64,000 bases of DNA from Acidimicrobiaceae bacterium (GTDB lineage: Bacteria > Actinomycetota > Acidimicrobiia > Acidimicrobiales > Ilumatobacteraceae): NCBI GenBank assembly GCA_020637295.1, contig JACJWF010000004.1:170228-234227 (forward strand), written 5' to 3'. Under the pieces are notes generated by a model. It was not told the origin of the DNA. It did not search any database and was given only the letters and a program-made list of their open reading frames with translations. How positions within the stretch are numbered: the stretch's first letter is position 1; each line of letters begins with the position of its first letter. Below are positions 9,527-19,302 of the stretch, one piece after another. The position numbers were made by a program, and so were the translations under genes.

Positions 9527-11029
9527 GTGAGCCAGACCGCCACCCTTGCCGCCGACGCACCCGTGCGCACCGAGCACTTCGACGTCGTCATCGTCGGCGC
9601 CGGCATCTCCGGCGTCGGCGCCGCCTACCACCTGCAGCAGCAATGCCCGCAGAAGTCGTTCGTCGTCCTCGAGGGGATGGAGAGCTTCGGTGGCACCTGG
9701 CTCTTCCACAAGTACCCGGGCGTCCGCAGCGACTCCGACCTGTACACGTTCGGGTACCGCTTCAAGCCGTGGACCGGCGCACCCATCGCCACCGCCGACG
9801 AGATCCTGAAGTACATGGGCGAGGTGATCGACGAGAACGACCTCGACCAGCACATCCGCTACTCGCACCACATCGACGCCGCGGACTGGAGCGAGGCCGA
9901 CCGGCAGTGGACGGTCACGGCCACCAACACGGCCAGCGGCCAGCGGTTCCAGTTCACCTGCAACTTCCTGTGGATGTGCCAGGGCTACTACAAGTTCGAC
10001 AAGGGCTACACGCCCGAGTGGCCGGACATGGACACCTACAAGGGCCTGCTGATCCACCCGATGGAGTGGAGCGACGAGGTGGACTACAAGGGCAAGAAGG
10101 TGCTGTGCATCGGGTCCGGTGCCACCACCGCCACCGTCGTGCCGGCCATCGCCGCCGACTGCGACCACGTCACCGTGCTGCAGCGCTCGCCGACGTACTT
10201 CTGGACCGGCCGCAACGCCAACGAGGTGGCGGACATGCTCCGCGAGTTGGAGGTCGACGAGACCTGGATCCACGAGATCGTCCGCCGCAAGATCCTCCAC
10301 GACCAGGAGATGGTCACCCGCCTGTCCTTCGACGCGCCGGAGCTCGTGCGCGACGAGCTGCTCAACAACGTCAAGTCGCTCCTCCCCGAGGGCTACGACA
10401 TGACGCACTTCACGCCGAAGTACCGGCCGTGGCAGCAGCGCCTGGCGTTCGTGCCGGACGGCGACCTGTTCGCCGGCATCACCGCCGGCAAGGCCAGCAT
10501 GGTCACCGACGAGATCGAGACGTTCACGGAGACCGGCGTGGTCACCAAGGGCGGCGTGGTCATCGACGCGGACATCATCATCAGCGCCACCGGGTTCAAC
10601 CTCAGCGTGCTCGGCGACATCCCGTTCAGCCTTGACGGTGTGCCGGTGGACTTCGCCGACACCGTCACCTGGCGGGGGATGATGTTCACCGGCGTGCCCA
10701 ACCTGCTGTGGGTGTTCGGCTACTTCCGGGCCAGCTGGACCTTGCGCGCCGACCTGATCGGCGACCTCGTCTGCCGCCTGCTGACCACGATGGACGGCAA
10801 GGGCGCGACGAAGGTGGTGCCGGCGCTCCGCGAGGCGGAGGACGCCGGCATGGAGGTCGGGCCGTGGATGGACCCGAGCAACTTCAACCCGGGCTACCTG
10901 ATGCGCAGCATGCACCTGCTGCCCAAAGCCGGCGACAAGCCGGAGTGGCGGCACACCCAGGACTACTGGAACGAGCGCCAGTTCCTGCCCGCCGAGGACT
11001 TCTCCGACGGTTGCCTGCGGTTCAGCTGA
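9527..11029 (+). CDS. FAD-dependent Baeyer-Villiger-type monooxygenase (EthA-like)
   Basis: Rossmann motifs GAGISG and GSGATT. BVMO fingerprint YKGLLIHPMEW, i.e. (F/Y)xGxxxHxxxW. Confidence 0.85.
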   Translation: MSQTATLAADAPVRTEHFDVVIVGAGISGVGAAYHLQQQCPQKSFVVLEGMESFGGTWLFHKYPGVRSDSDLYTFGYRFKPWTGAPIATADEILKYMGEVIDENDLDQHIRYSHHIDAADWSEADRQWTVTATNTASGQRFQFTCNFLWMCQGYYKFDKGYTPEWPDMDTYKGLLIHPMEWSDEVDYKGKKVLCIGSGATTATVVPAIAADCDHVTVLQRSPTYFWTGRNANEVADMLRELEVDETWIHEIVRRKILHDQEMVTRLSFDAPELVRDELLNNVKSLLPEGYDMTHFTPKYRPWQQRLAFVPDGDLFAGITAGKASMVTDEIETFTETGVVTKGGVVIDADIIISATGFNLSVLGDIPFSLDGVPVDFADTVTWRGMMFTGVPNLLWVFGYFRASWTLRADLIGDLVCRLLTTMDGKGATKVVPALREAEDAGMEVGPWMDPSNFNPGYLMRSMHLLPKAGDKPEWRHTQDYWNERQFLPAEDFSDGCLRFS

Positions 11030-11044
11030 ACCGCGGACGGGCCG

Positions 11045-12436
11045 TCACATCTCGTCGGGCACGCCGGCGTCCAGCTCCACACCGGTCGAGTTGAGGAACA
11101 TCGCCACCAGCTGGTAGCCACCGACGGTGGCGACGAGATCCAGCCGTTGCCGGTCGGTGTAGTGGCGGCCGAGCGCGGCCCATGTGACGTCGCTGAGGCA
11201 GCGCTGTCCGTGGAGCTCGTCGGCGGCCGTCATCAGCAGACGGTCGAGGTCGCCCCACTGGCCCCTCGGCCCGACCTTCACCTGCTCGATCTCGTCGCGG
11301 GAGATGTCGCACCGCAGGGCGATGACGACGTGCTGGCCGAACTCGTACCGGCTGCGGCAGTTCCACCCGGTGCGCAGGATGAGCAACTCGCGGTCACGGG
11401 CGGACAGGCTGTTCTTCGACAGCACGTGCCCGGCGAAGACCAGCCAGCGGCGCAGCATGTCCGGGTGGTGGGCCAGCGTGCCGAAGATGTTCAGCGGTGT
11501 GCCGTCGGGCCCGTTGAGACCCTTGGCGAACAGCTCCTCCAGCCGCGGGTCGTCCTCCGCCCGCAGTGGGGTCAGCCTGGCGTGGGTGGGCATCACCCCG
11601 GCCAGTTCGGCGGCCAGGCCGGGCACCGTGGCGAGGATGCTGAGGTGGCCCTCGCCGGGCAGCACCCGCAGCGTCGCGGTGGGGATGACCTCTGCCGTGT
11701 GGCGGCCGTGGGCCAGCGGCACGGCCTCGTCGGCGTCGCCGTGCACCACCAGCACCGGCACGGTGATGGTCGCGGGGTCGAATGCCCACGGGCGCCCCTG
11801 GACCACCATGTCCTGGGCGAGGCTGCCGACGCCCTGGCGGAAGGCCTCGCCGACGCTGGCCACCAGCGCGTCGGCCAGCCGTTGGTCCGGGGCACTCGCT
11901 GCGTCGGGCGGGGGCTCCAGCCCCTCGGTGGTGAGGAAGCCGGCGCCGTCCGCGCCGTAGTGCTCCGCACACCAGCGCAGCGACGCGCCCTCGTCGCCGA
12001 GGCGGCGGAACGCGGTTTCCTCCGGTGTGTAGTGCGCCCATGCGCCCTCCCAGCCGAGGTCGCTGACGCCGGCCACCACGGCCGCGCCGCTGACCCGCTC
12101 CGCCAGGAGGGCCGCACACGCCACCGCGTACGGCCCGCCGGAGGACAGCCCGATCACGCCGAAACGACCGAGGCCCAGATGGTCGGCGAGGGCGGCGACG
12201 TCCGCCGGCCAGTCCTCACGCCGGCGGCCGGGCTGCGGTGAGGAGCCGCCGTAGCCGGGGCGGTCGGGGGCGATCACCAGCACGCCGCGGCGGCGCAGTT
12301 CGTCGTCGAACACGGCGACGTCGAGCCGGCTGGTCGGCGCTCCGTGGAAGTACATCACCGCCGGCCCGTCGGGGTCGCCGGTCTCGGTGAACGCCAGCGT
12401 GCGGCCGTCGGGGAGCGTCATCGTCAGGTCTCGCAT
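11045..12436 (-). CDS. Fusion protein: alpha/beta hydrolase plus carboxymuconolactone-decarboxylase (CMD/AhpD-like) domain
   Basis: MRDLTMTLPDG...GLSSGG (nucleophile)...GEGH runs without a stop into MPTHARL...WNCRSRYEFGQH (CMD motif). An internal ATG at 11593 could also yield a stand-alone CMD protein. Confidence 0.7.
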   Translation of the reverse strand: MRDLTMTLPDGRTLAFTETGDPDGPAVMYFHGAPTSRLDVAVFDDELRRRGVLVIAPDRPGYGGSSPQPGRRREDWPADVAALADHLGLGRFGVIGLSSGGPYAVACAALLAERVSGAAVVAGVSDLGWEGAWAHYTPEETAFRRLGDEGASLRWCAEHYGADGAGFLTTEGLEPPPDAASAPDQRLADALVASVGEAFRQGVGSLAQDMVVQGRPWAFDPATITVPVLVVHGDADEAVPLAHGRHTAEVIPTATLRVLPGEGHLSILATVPGLAAELAGVMPTHARLTPLRAEDDPRLEELFAKGLNGPDGTPLNIFGTLAHHPDMLRRWLVFAGHVLSKNSLSARDRELLILRTGWNCRSRYEFGQHVVIALRCDISRDEIEQVKVGPRGQWGDLDRLLMTAADELHGQRCLSDVTWAALGRHYTDRQRLDLVATVGGYQLVAMFLNSTGVELDAGVPDEM

Positions 12437-12547
12437 GCGCGCACCGTAGCCGGTGACCTTCGCGTGACCTTCGGCCCTGCGGGGCGTGAGCCGCCGGGGT
12501 GACACTGGAGGTGGGCCTACAGTGGTCGCACACGAAGGAGGTGCTCC

Positions 12548-12997
12548 ATGTCGGAGAAGGACCTCAGCAAGTGGATCGTCGTCGGTGTCGACGGTTCGGA
12601 GGATGGCGAGCGCGCCCTCCGCTGGGCGTTGGAGACGGCACAGCGGCGGGATCTGTCGATCCTGCTGGTGCACGGGCTGGACGTTGGCCTGTCTGCCGCG
12701 GATCCCTACGGCGGCGGGTACGTGCTGGAGCAGTTGCAGGACGCCGGCCGCCTGGCGCTCGAAGCCGCATCGAAGATGTGCGCCGACGCGGGGATCGAGT
12801 GCGAGTCCAAGCTGGAGATGGGTTCGCCCGGCTACCTGCTGGTCGAGGAGTCGCGTGGTGCGGCGATGCTGGTCATCGGCAGCCGTGGGCACGGTGGCTT
12901 CGTCGGCCTGTTGCTCGGGTCGGTGTCGAACGCCTGCGTGCACCACGCCCACTGCCCGGTGGTGGTCGTCCCGCCGCCGGAGCGTACGGATCGCTAG
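12548..12997 (+). CDS. Universal stress protein (UspA family)
   Basis: IVVGVDGSEDGERAL...GSRGHGGFVGLLLGSVS...HAHCPVVVV, 149 aa. Confidence 0.9.
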   Translation: MSEKDLSKWIVVGVDGSEDGERALRWALETAQRRDLSILLVHGLDVGLSAADPYGGGYVLEQLQDAGRLALEAASKMCADAGIECESKLEMGSPGYLLVEESRGAAMLVIGSRGHGGFVGLLLGSVSNACVHHAHCPVVVVPPPERTDR

Positions 12998-13045
12998 CAC
13001 CCGCCCGGCTCGGCGCTGCCGCGGCGGCGTGAGTACCGTCGCTGC

Positions 13046-14272
13046 ATGACCGAAGCCTGGATCATCGACGCCGTCCGCTCCCCCCGTGGCAAGGGGAAGC
13101 CCTCCGGCGCGCTGCACAACGTCCACCCCCAGCGCATCCTCGCCCAGGTGCTGAACGCCCTGCAGGCCCGCAACGGGTTCGACACCGCCGAGGTGGACGA
13201 CGTGATCATGGGGTGTGGCGCCGGGAGCGGCGACCACAGCATGGACATCGCCCGCATGGCCGCCCTCGACGCCGGCTGGAGCATCCAGGCGCCGGGCGTC
13301 ACCCTCAACCGCTTCTGCGGGTCCGGCCAGCAGGCGGTGAACTTCGCCGGCGCCGGCATCAAGGCCGGCTTCCAGGACCTCGTGGTCGCCGGCGGGGTGG
13401 AGAGCATGTCCCGCCCGGCGCCGATGCACGTGGACGGCTTCACCGCCAACAACAACCACCTGCGCGACCAGTACGACATGGTGCCCCAGGGCATCAGCGC
13501 CGACCTCATCGCCTCCGTCGAGGGGTTCAGCCGGGAGGAGCTCGACCAGCTGGCGGTGGACAGCCAGGCCCGCGCCGCCCGCGCCCAGGCGGAGGGCCGC
13601 TTCGACCGCTCGCTCGTGCCGATCTTCCACGACGACGGCACGCTGGCCCTGGCGATCGATGAGCATCCTCGCGCCGGCACCACGCTGGAGGACCTCGCCA
13701 AGCTGCAGCCCAGCTTCGCCGGGATGGGCGGGCACGTGCAGGAGGGGCGGGAGCTCAGCATCGACGCCACCGCGCTGAAGGCGTACCCGAACGTCAGCGA
13801 GATCCGCCACGTCCACCACGGTGGCAACTCGTCCGGTGTGGTGGACGGGGCCTCCGCCCTGCTGCTGGCCTCGCCCGACTACGCGCGTGCGCACGGAATG
13901 ACCCCGCGGGCCAAGGTCACGATGGCCGCGGTCGCGGGTGACGAGCCGGTGATCATGCTCACCGCGCCGGGGCCGGCCACCGACCTCGTGCTGCGCAAGG
14001 CCGGGATGGCGCTGTCGGACATCGACCTGTTCGAGGTCAACGAGGCGTTCGCTGCGGTGCTCCTGAAGTGGCTGCGCCACACGGGCGCGGACTGGGACAC
14101 GGTCAACGTCAACGGCGGGGCGATGGCCCTCGGTCACCCGATCGGCGCCACCGGCGGCATGCTGATCGGCACCGTGCTCGACGAGCTGGAGCGTCAGGAC
14201 AAGGAGACCGGCCTGGTCACCATGTGCACCGGCGGCGGCATGGCCACCGCCACCATCATCCAGCGGGTCTAG
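13046..14272 (+). CDS. Acetyl-CoA C-acyltransferase (thiolase)
   Basis: NRFCGSGQQAV active-site Cys, GGNSSG, C-terminal CTGGGMATA, 408 aa. Confidence 0.9.
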   Translation: MTEAWIIDAVRSPRGKGKPSGALHNVHPQRILAQVLNALQARNGFDTAEVDDVIMGCGAGSGDHSMDIARMAALDAGWSIQAPGVTLNRFCGSGQQAVNFAGAGIKAGFQDLVVAGGVESMSRPAPMHVDGFTANNNHLRDQYDMVPQGISADLIASVEGFSREELDQLAVDSQARAARAQAEGRFDRSLVPIFHDDGTLALAIDEHPRAGTTLEDLAKLQPSFAGMGGHVQEGRELSIDATALKAYPNVSEIRHVHHGGNSSGVVDGASALLLASPDYARAHGMTPRAKVTMAAVAGDEPVIMLTAPGPATDLVLRKAGMALSDIDLFEVNEAFAAVLLKWLRHTGADWDTVNVNGGAMALGHPIGATGGMLIGTVLDELERQDKETGLVTMCTGGGMATATIIQRV

Positions 14273-14284
14273 ATCGCCACCGGC

Positions 14285-15337
14285 TCAGAAGCGGTTGCGG
14301 AACCGCTGCTGATCCCAGCGGATGGAGTCGATCGCCTCGCTCACCCGCGCCATCAACTCGTCGTTGGAGTTGTCCTCCACCACCCGCATCGCCTCGGCGA
14401 GCGTGGCGCCGCGCTCCACCAGCGCCCGCCTGGCCACCGGGGTCTCGAGCACGTCGCAGAGGTGGACGACCTCTTCGATGGAGGTGATGCACGCCCGCAC
14501 CGGGCGGCCGTGCAGATCCACGTCCGGCAGCAGCAGCCGGTAGAAGACCTCCAGGGCCTCGTCGTCGAGGAACTCGCAGAGATGGTCGTCCCAGTCCAGC
14601 CAGCTGCGCACCACGGTGCGGGCCATCGCCACGTGGAAGAACGGGAAGACGCGTGCAGCGTCGGCGGGCAGCAGCGGGTGCTGCTGGAGGAACTGCTCCA
14701 GCGCCCGGTAGGCGTGGTACTTGCGCATCGCCGCCCGGCTGCCACCGGTGGCCACGGCCACGTCGTAGGTGGAGCGATGACGCCCACACTGGGCCAGCTG
14801 GCGCAGCAGGCGATCGCGCTGGCCGAGGTACCACTGGTCGCTGCTGTCGCGCGGTGCGTCCAGCAGGGACAGCACGAAGGCCGGGTCGGTGTCCGGCGCG
14901 ATCATCCGCACCGGGCAGGCCTGGGCCAGCGCCTGCACGTCGTCTGGAAGGTCCACGCCCATCTCGCCGGTGTCCTCCACCAGCTTGCGCAGGGCGGCGA
15001 CGTGCCACATCCCGTCGATGACGATGTAGCGGTCCTCGAACAGTGGGCGAACCAGCACCCGCTGCTCCATCACGCCCGGGTTGCGGACGATCGAGGACGT
15101 CAGCGCGCTGAGGTCCAGCTTCGCCAGGCGCTGGTAGGAGCGCAGCGGCACGAACGCCATCAGGAACGCCGGGTCGGTGCCGAGCTCCGGTTCGTCCACC
15201 GCCGCCAGCTCGTCGCCGGGGTCCAGCACCAGCTGTTGCAGTGGCAGGAACCCGGGGGTCACCAACGGGGCGCGACCGTCCATCACGTGATCGCCACCGC
15301 GGGCGCGGCGGTCACCCTGCGTCGATGAGGAACCCAT
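14285..15337 (-). CDS. Hypothetical protein with a ParB/Srx-like N-terminal fold (degenerate GxxR box)
   Basis: VLVRPLFEDRYIVIDGMWHVAALRKL resembles the ParB-N box, with GERR replaced by GMWH. The rest is unrecognised. The track start at 15370 is followed by low-GC3 codons, so I prefer the ATG at 15337. Confidence 0.45.
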   Translation of the reverse strand: MGSSSTQGDRRARGGDHVMDGRAPLVTPGFLPLQQLVLDPGDELAAVDEPELGTDPAFLMAFVPLRSYQRLAKLDLSALTSSIVRNPGVMEQRVLVRPLFEDRYIVIDGMWHVAALRKLVEDTGEMGVDLPDDVQALAQACPVRMIAPDTDPAFVLSLLDAPRDSSDQWYLGQRDRLLRQLAQCGRHRSTYDVAVATGGSRAAMRKYHAYRALEQFLQQHPLLPADAARVFPFFHVAMARTVVRSWLDWDDHLCEFLDDEALEVFYRLLLPDVDLHGRPVRACITSIEEVVHLCDVLETPVARRALVERGATLAEAMRVVEDNSNDELMARVSEAIDSIRWDQQRFRNRF

Positions 15338-15430
15338 TTCACTGACGCGTATCGTCACGAATTGCCGCAATCTTGAGGCTTTCGTGTGAATACGTGCGCC
15401 AGCGCGACGGCCGAATCGGCGGCCTGCGGG

Positions 15431-16561
15431 CTACTCCATCATGGACTCCACCCGTTGCACGGCCTCGATGAACTCCTCCACCATGTCCATCACGACACGG
15501 GCGGCGGGCTTCGGCTCGTTCATCGACCCGACGATCTGGCCGACGAAGTAGTTGGCCAGCTTCGCCGAACCGCTGGCCGGGTCGTGGGCGCCGCGCGCGA
15601 TGCGCTCCTCGGCGGCGCCGACGAGCAGCGGCTGCAGCGGCATGGGCAGAGTGCCGGGCGAGTTGGGGCCCTCCCATTCCTCGGTCCACGCGGACTTCAA
15701 CTGGCGGGCCGGCTTGCCGGTCTTGCTCCGCGACCGGACGGTGTCCGACGACGTGGCGGCGAGGAACTTCTGCTTCACCGTCGGGTGGGTCTCGGCCTCG
15801 TCGGTGGTCAGCCACACCGAGCCGCACCACACGCCGTCCGCGCCGAGCGCCAGCGCCGCCGCCAGCTGACGGCCACCGCCGATCCCACCCGCTGCCAGCA
15901 CCGGCACGGGGGCGACGGCATCCACGACCTCCGGCACCAGCACCATCGTGCCGATCTCGCCGGTGTGCCCTCCGGCTTCGCCGCCCTGGGCGATGATCAG
16001 GTCCACCCCTGCGGCCACGTGGCGCTGGGCATGCACGGCCTTGCCGGCCAACGCGCCGACGAGGATGCCCTGGTCGTGCGCACGCTGCACCATGTCCGAC
16101 GGCGGGGTGCCGAGCGCGTTGACCAGCAGCTTGATCGGGTGCCCGAAGGCGATCTCCATCATGTGCGACGCCAGCGAGTAGCTCATCGGCGGAGCGTCGC
16201 CACGGGATGCGTCGCGGCGCGACTCGCCGAGCGGCGGGGGCACGTCATAGCGGTTCAGCAGATCTTCCAGGAAGTCGCGGTGGGCCTGCGGGATGCGGTC
16301 ACGAAGCTGGGACGCAGTGACCTCGCCCTCGGCCTTGCCTTCGTACTTGGCCGGCACGATGAGGTCCACGCCGAACGGCTTGTCGCCCACCTGCTCCTTA
16401 ATCCAGGCCAGGTCGATGTCCAGCTGGGCGGGGGTCAGCGCCTCGGCCCCCAGCACACCCATGCCGCCCGCCTTGGTGACGGCCGCGGCAACGTCGCGGC
16501 AGTGGGTGAAGGCGAGGATCGGGAACTCGATCCCGAGCATGTCGCAGATGCGGTTCTTCAT
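15431..16561 (-). CDS. Nitronate monooxygenase (2-nitropropane dioxygenase family, FMN-dependent)
   Basis: MLGIEFPILAFTH...GGMGVLG...AQGGEAGGHTGEIGT, 376 aa. Confidence 0.85.
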   Translation of the reverse strand: MKNRICDMLGIEFPILAFTHCRDVAAAVTKAGGMGVLGAEALTPAQLDIDLAWIKEQVGDKPFGVDLIVPAKYEGKAEGEVTASQLRDRIPQAHRDFLEDLLNRYDVPPPLGESRRDASRGDAPPMSYSLASHMMEIAFGHPIKLLVNALGTPPSDMVQRAHDQGILVGALAGKAVHAQRHVAAGVDLIIAQGGEAGGHTGEIGTMVLVPEVVDAVAPVPVLAAGGIGGGRQLAAALALGADGVWCGSVWLTTDEAETHPTVKQKFLAATSSDTVRSRSKTGKPARQLKSAWTEEWEGPNSPGTLPMPLQPLLVGAAEERIARGAHDPASGSAKLANYFVGQIVGSMNEPKPAARVVMDMVEEFIEAVQRVESMME

Positions 16562-16570
16562 GGGCCGAGA

Positions 16571-18055
16571 CTACGAGCGGCGCCGCCCCCGCTTCGTGCC
16601 GGACGCCGGTGGCGCTGCCGCCGCCGCCCGCGCCAGCAACTCGTCCATGCCGCTGCTGATCCCCTCCGCCAGCACGTGCACATCGGGCACGGTGTCCCAA
16701 TCGCCGGTGACCCCGAAGGCGACCTCGCCGTTGTAGGACAGGATCGCCACGCCGGTGCGGACCCCCTGCGAGAGCGGCACGAACGGGTAGTAGTGGAGCA
16801 TCTCGCGACCGCACGCGTACAGCGGGATCTGCGGCCCGGGCACGTTGGTGGTGACGGTGTTGACGCTGCGCTGGGGCGCCCGGCGCATCACCGTCACCGC
16901 GGTGCGCAGGCCCACGGACAGCAGCACCGGAGGGGCGAAGCCGGCCAGCTCGGCCAGCACGTTGCCCGCCACGGCCTGGTGGCTGTCCTTCAGGTCCTGC
17001 ATCTGGGCGCGGATGGCCTGCAGCCGCTCGGCGGGGTCCTCGATGCCCACTGGCAGCTCGGCGATCATCGCGCTGACCTGGTTGTTGTAGGTGTGGTCGC
17101 CAGAGGTGCGCACGGACACGGGCACGAGGGTGCGGATGGCGGTGCCGGCCGCATCCGGACCCACCAGCTCCCCACGGTGCACCAGCAGGTCGCGGAAGCC
17201 CTTGGTGATCGCCGCCAGCACGACGTCGTTCACCGTGCCGCCGAGGCCGGCGCGCACCCGCTTCACGTCGGCGAGGGTGGTGCACGCGCACGCCCACCGC
17301 CGGTGCGGCCCGATGGTGCCCTCGATGCTGAGTGGCACGTTGGGAGCCAGTCGGCGGCCCAGCGCCCCCATGCCCTGCACCGTGGCGGCCATCTCGGCGG
17401 CGATCCGCTTCGGGGCGCGCAGGCCTCTGCGGGCCCAGCGGCCGAGCTCGGCCGGGCTGACGAGCGCGTCGGCCACGGCATCCACGACGAGGGCAGTCGG
17501 GGTCGGCTCATCGGCCGGTCGCCAGTCGTCGGCCACCGGTGGCGAGCCCTCCGGCGTGGTGTCCAGCACCACGGCCATCAGGTCGGTGCCGCTGATGCCG
17601 TCGACCATGCAGTGGTGCACCTTGGAGATCAGCGCCCACGTGCCGTCGTCGAGGCCCTCGACCACCCACGTCTCCCACAGCGGACGGTGGCGGTCCAGCT
17701 GCTGGCTCATCAGCCGGCCCATCAGCCGGTGGAGATCGGCCCGCGTGCCGGGCGGCGGCAGCGCGGTGTGGCGGATGTGGTAATCGAGGCGGAAGTGGGG
17801 GTCGTCGGCCCAGACCGGCCGGCCCACCGCACCGGGCACGAAGTGCACCTTCTGGCGGTAGCGGGGCACCAGCGGCAGCTTGCCGCGGAACAGGTCGACC
17901 AGGTCGTCGTAGGCCGGCGCCGGCCCCTCGAAGATGGCGCACGAGGCAATGTGCATGTGGTTGACGTCGTCTTCGATGTGCAAGAACGCAGCATCCAGCG
18001 GGCTCATCCGGTCCACGGGCTCGTCCACCTCCGTGTGTCGCGGGCGTACCGGCAT
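16571..18055 (-). CDS. Wax ester synthase/diacylglycerol acyltransferase (WS/DGAT)
   Basis: HHCMVDGISG (HHxxxDG) active site with an N-terminal MSPLDAAFLHIED. The start is either 18055 (MPVRP) or 18007 (MSPLD). Confidence 0.85.
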   Translation of the reverse strand: MPVRPRHTEVDEPVDRMSPLDAAFLHIEDDVNHMHIASCAIFEGPAPAYDDLVDLFRGKLPLVPRYRQKVHFVPGAVGRPVWADDPHFRLDYHIRHTALPPPGTRADLHRLMGRLMSQQLDRHRPLWETWVVEGLDDGTWALISKVHHCMVDGISGTDLMAVVLDTTPEGSPPVADDWRPADEPTPTALVVDAVADALVSPAELGRWARRGLRAPKRIAAEMAATVQGMGALGRRLAPNVPLSIEGTIGPHRRWACACTTLADVKRVRAGLGGTVNDVVLAAITKGFRDLLVHRGELVGPDAAGTAIRTLVPVSVRTSGDHTYNNQVSAMIAELPVGIEDPAERLQAIRAQMQDLKDSHQAVAGNVLAELAGFAPPVLLSVGLRTAVTVMRRAPQRSVNTVTTNVPGPQIPLYACGREMLHYYPFVPLSQGVRTGVAILSYNGEVAFGVTGDWDTVPDVHVLAEGISSGMDELLARAAAAAPPASGTKRGRRRS

Positions 18056-18185
18056 GGTCGCGCCACCGATCGCCGAAGGGCGAGGGCCGAACGTCATCGG
18101 CCCGGCCGACGAACGGACGGCGGACCTGCGCCGCGGGGACTTGCGGCCCATGGCGGCGGTGGGCGGCCGGGCGCACACTGGGGGC

Positions 18186-19289
18186 ATGGACACCGAAGCG
18201 CTCTTCGGGCGCAGCCTGCTGACCACCCACGACTGGTCCGTGGCGGACCTGGACACCCTGCTGGCAGTTGCAGCCGCGCTGGAATTGCTCGATCGCGCCG
18301 GGGTGCGCACCGAACTGCTGCCCGACGAGTTGGCCTACGCGATGTTCTTCGACAACTCGACGCGCACCAAGTCCGCCTGGGCCGGCGCAGCGGCGCGGTT
18401 GGGCATGCAGCCGGTGATCGTGGACGGCAGCAGCACCCAGGTGGCCCACGGCGAGACGGCCGAGGAGACCGGGGCGATGCTGGGGATGAACGCCCACGCG
18501 CTGGGCGTACGGCACGACCTGATCCTCGGCGAGGGCAACTCCTTCATGCGCGACGTGCTGCGCGGCATCAGCGACTACCTCGCGGCCACGGCCGATCCAC
18601 GGGTGGTGCCGGTGGTGAACCTGCAGTGCGACGTGGATCACCCCACCCAGTCGCTCGCCGACCTGCTGTGGCTCCGCGAGCACTTCGGTGGCGACGTCGC
18701 CGGGCGGCGGATCACCGTGAGTTGGGCGTACTCGCCGAGCTACGCCAAGCCGCTGTCCGTGCCACAGGGCGTGGTCAGCCTGCTCACCCGCTTCGGCGCC
18801 CACGTCACGCTCGCCCACCCCGAGGGCTACGACCTGCTGCCCGAGCCGATGGCGTGGGCGGCCGAGGGGGCGGCGGCGTCGGGTGGCTCGTTCCGCGTCA
18901 CCCACGACATGGACGACGCCTTCGCCGGTGCGGATGCGGTGTATCCCAAGAGTTGGGGACCACTGGCCTTGATGACCGAACGGGTGGCCGCCAACCGGGC
19001 GGGCGACGGCGCGGCGATGCGGGACATCGAGCAGCGCGCGCTCACCACCAACGCTGCGCACCGCGACTGGATCTGCGACGAGCGGCGCATGGGCCTCACC
19101 CGTGACGCGCTGTACCTGCACTGCCTGCCGGCCGACATCGGCGCCGAGGTGACGTCGGGCGTCATGGAGCGCTTCCGCGTGCAGGTGGCCCGCGAGGCGA
19201 ACAAGAAGGTGTACGTGATCATGGCGATGCTCGCCGTGGCGAAGGTGCCCGACCTGCCCGGCCGCCTGGCGGCCCTGGCCGGGCCATGA
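18186..19289 (+). CDS. ygeW: YgeW-type (knotted) carbamoyltransferase
   Basis: Long stretches match my recollection of E. coli YgeW: FFDNSTRTK, VNLQCDVDHPTQSLADLLWLREHFG, WAYSPSYAKPLSVPQG, LAHPEGYDL, ASGGSF, YPKSW, HCLPADI. Confidence 0.8.
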   Translation: MDTEALFGRSLLTTHDWSVADLDTLLAVAAALELLDRAGVRTELLPDELAYAMFFDNSTRTKSAWAGAAARLGMQPVIVDGSSTQVAHGETAEETGAMLGMNAHALGVRHDLILGEGNSFMRDVLRGISDYLAATADPRVVPVVNLQCDVDHPTQSLADLLWLREHFGGDVAGRRITVSWAYSPSYAKPLSVPQGVVSLLTRFGAHVTLAHPEGYDLLPEPMAWAAEGAAASGGSFRVTHDMDDAFAGADAVYPKSWGPLALMTERVAANRAGDGAAMRDIEQRALTTNAAHRDWICDERRMGLTRDALYLHCLPADIGAEVTSGVMERFRVQVAREANKKVYVIMAMLAVAKVPDLPGRLAALAGP

Positions 19290-19302
19290 GGGGAGCTCCC
19301 TG

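Noticed and set aside
11045-12436. Calling the hydrolase-CMD fusion pcaL (3-oxoadipate enol-lactonase / 4-carboxymuconolactone decarboxylase)
   Set aside because: No other pca genes are nearby, and at ~182 aa the CMD domain looks like the broader AhpD-like family rather than a short PcaC. I kept a generic fusion call.
12437-14137. The upstream 567 codons of the 1030-aa track ORF 11045..14137, which could suggest a giant multidomain protein
   Set aside because: Only the last 463 codons (11045-12436) carry recognisable domains. The upstream part is antisense to the USP and thiolase genes and is Arg/Gly/His-rich filler.
15386-19105. A 1239-aa ORF on the + strand, the longest in the track
   Set aside because: It lies antisense to the clearly recognisable nitronate monooxygenase and WS/DGAT genes and out of frame with ygeW. 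Its composition is dominated by Arg, Gly, Ala, Pro and His with no motifs. This is a typical high-GC open-frame artefact.
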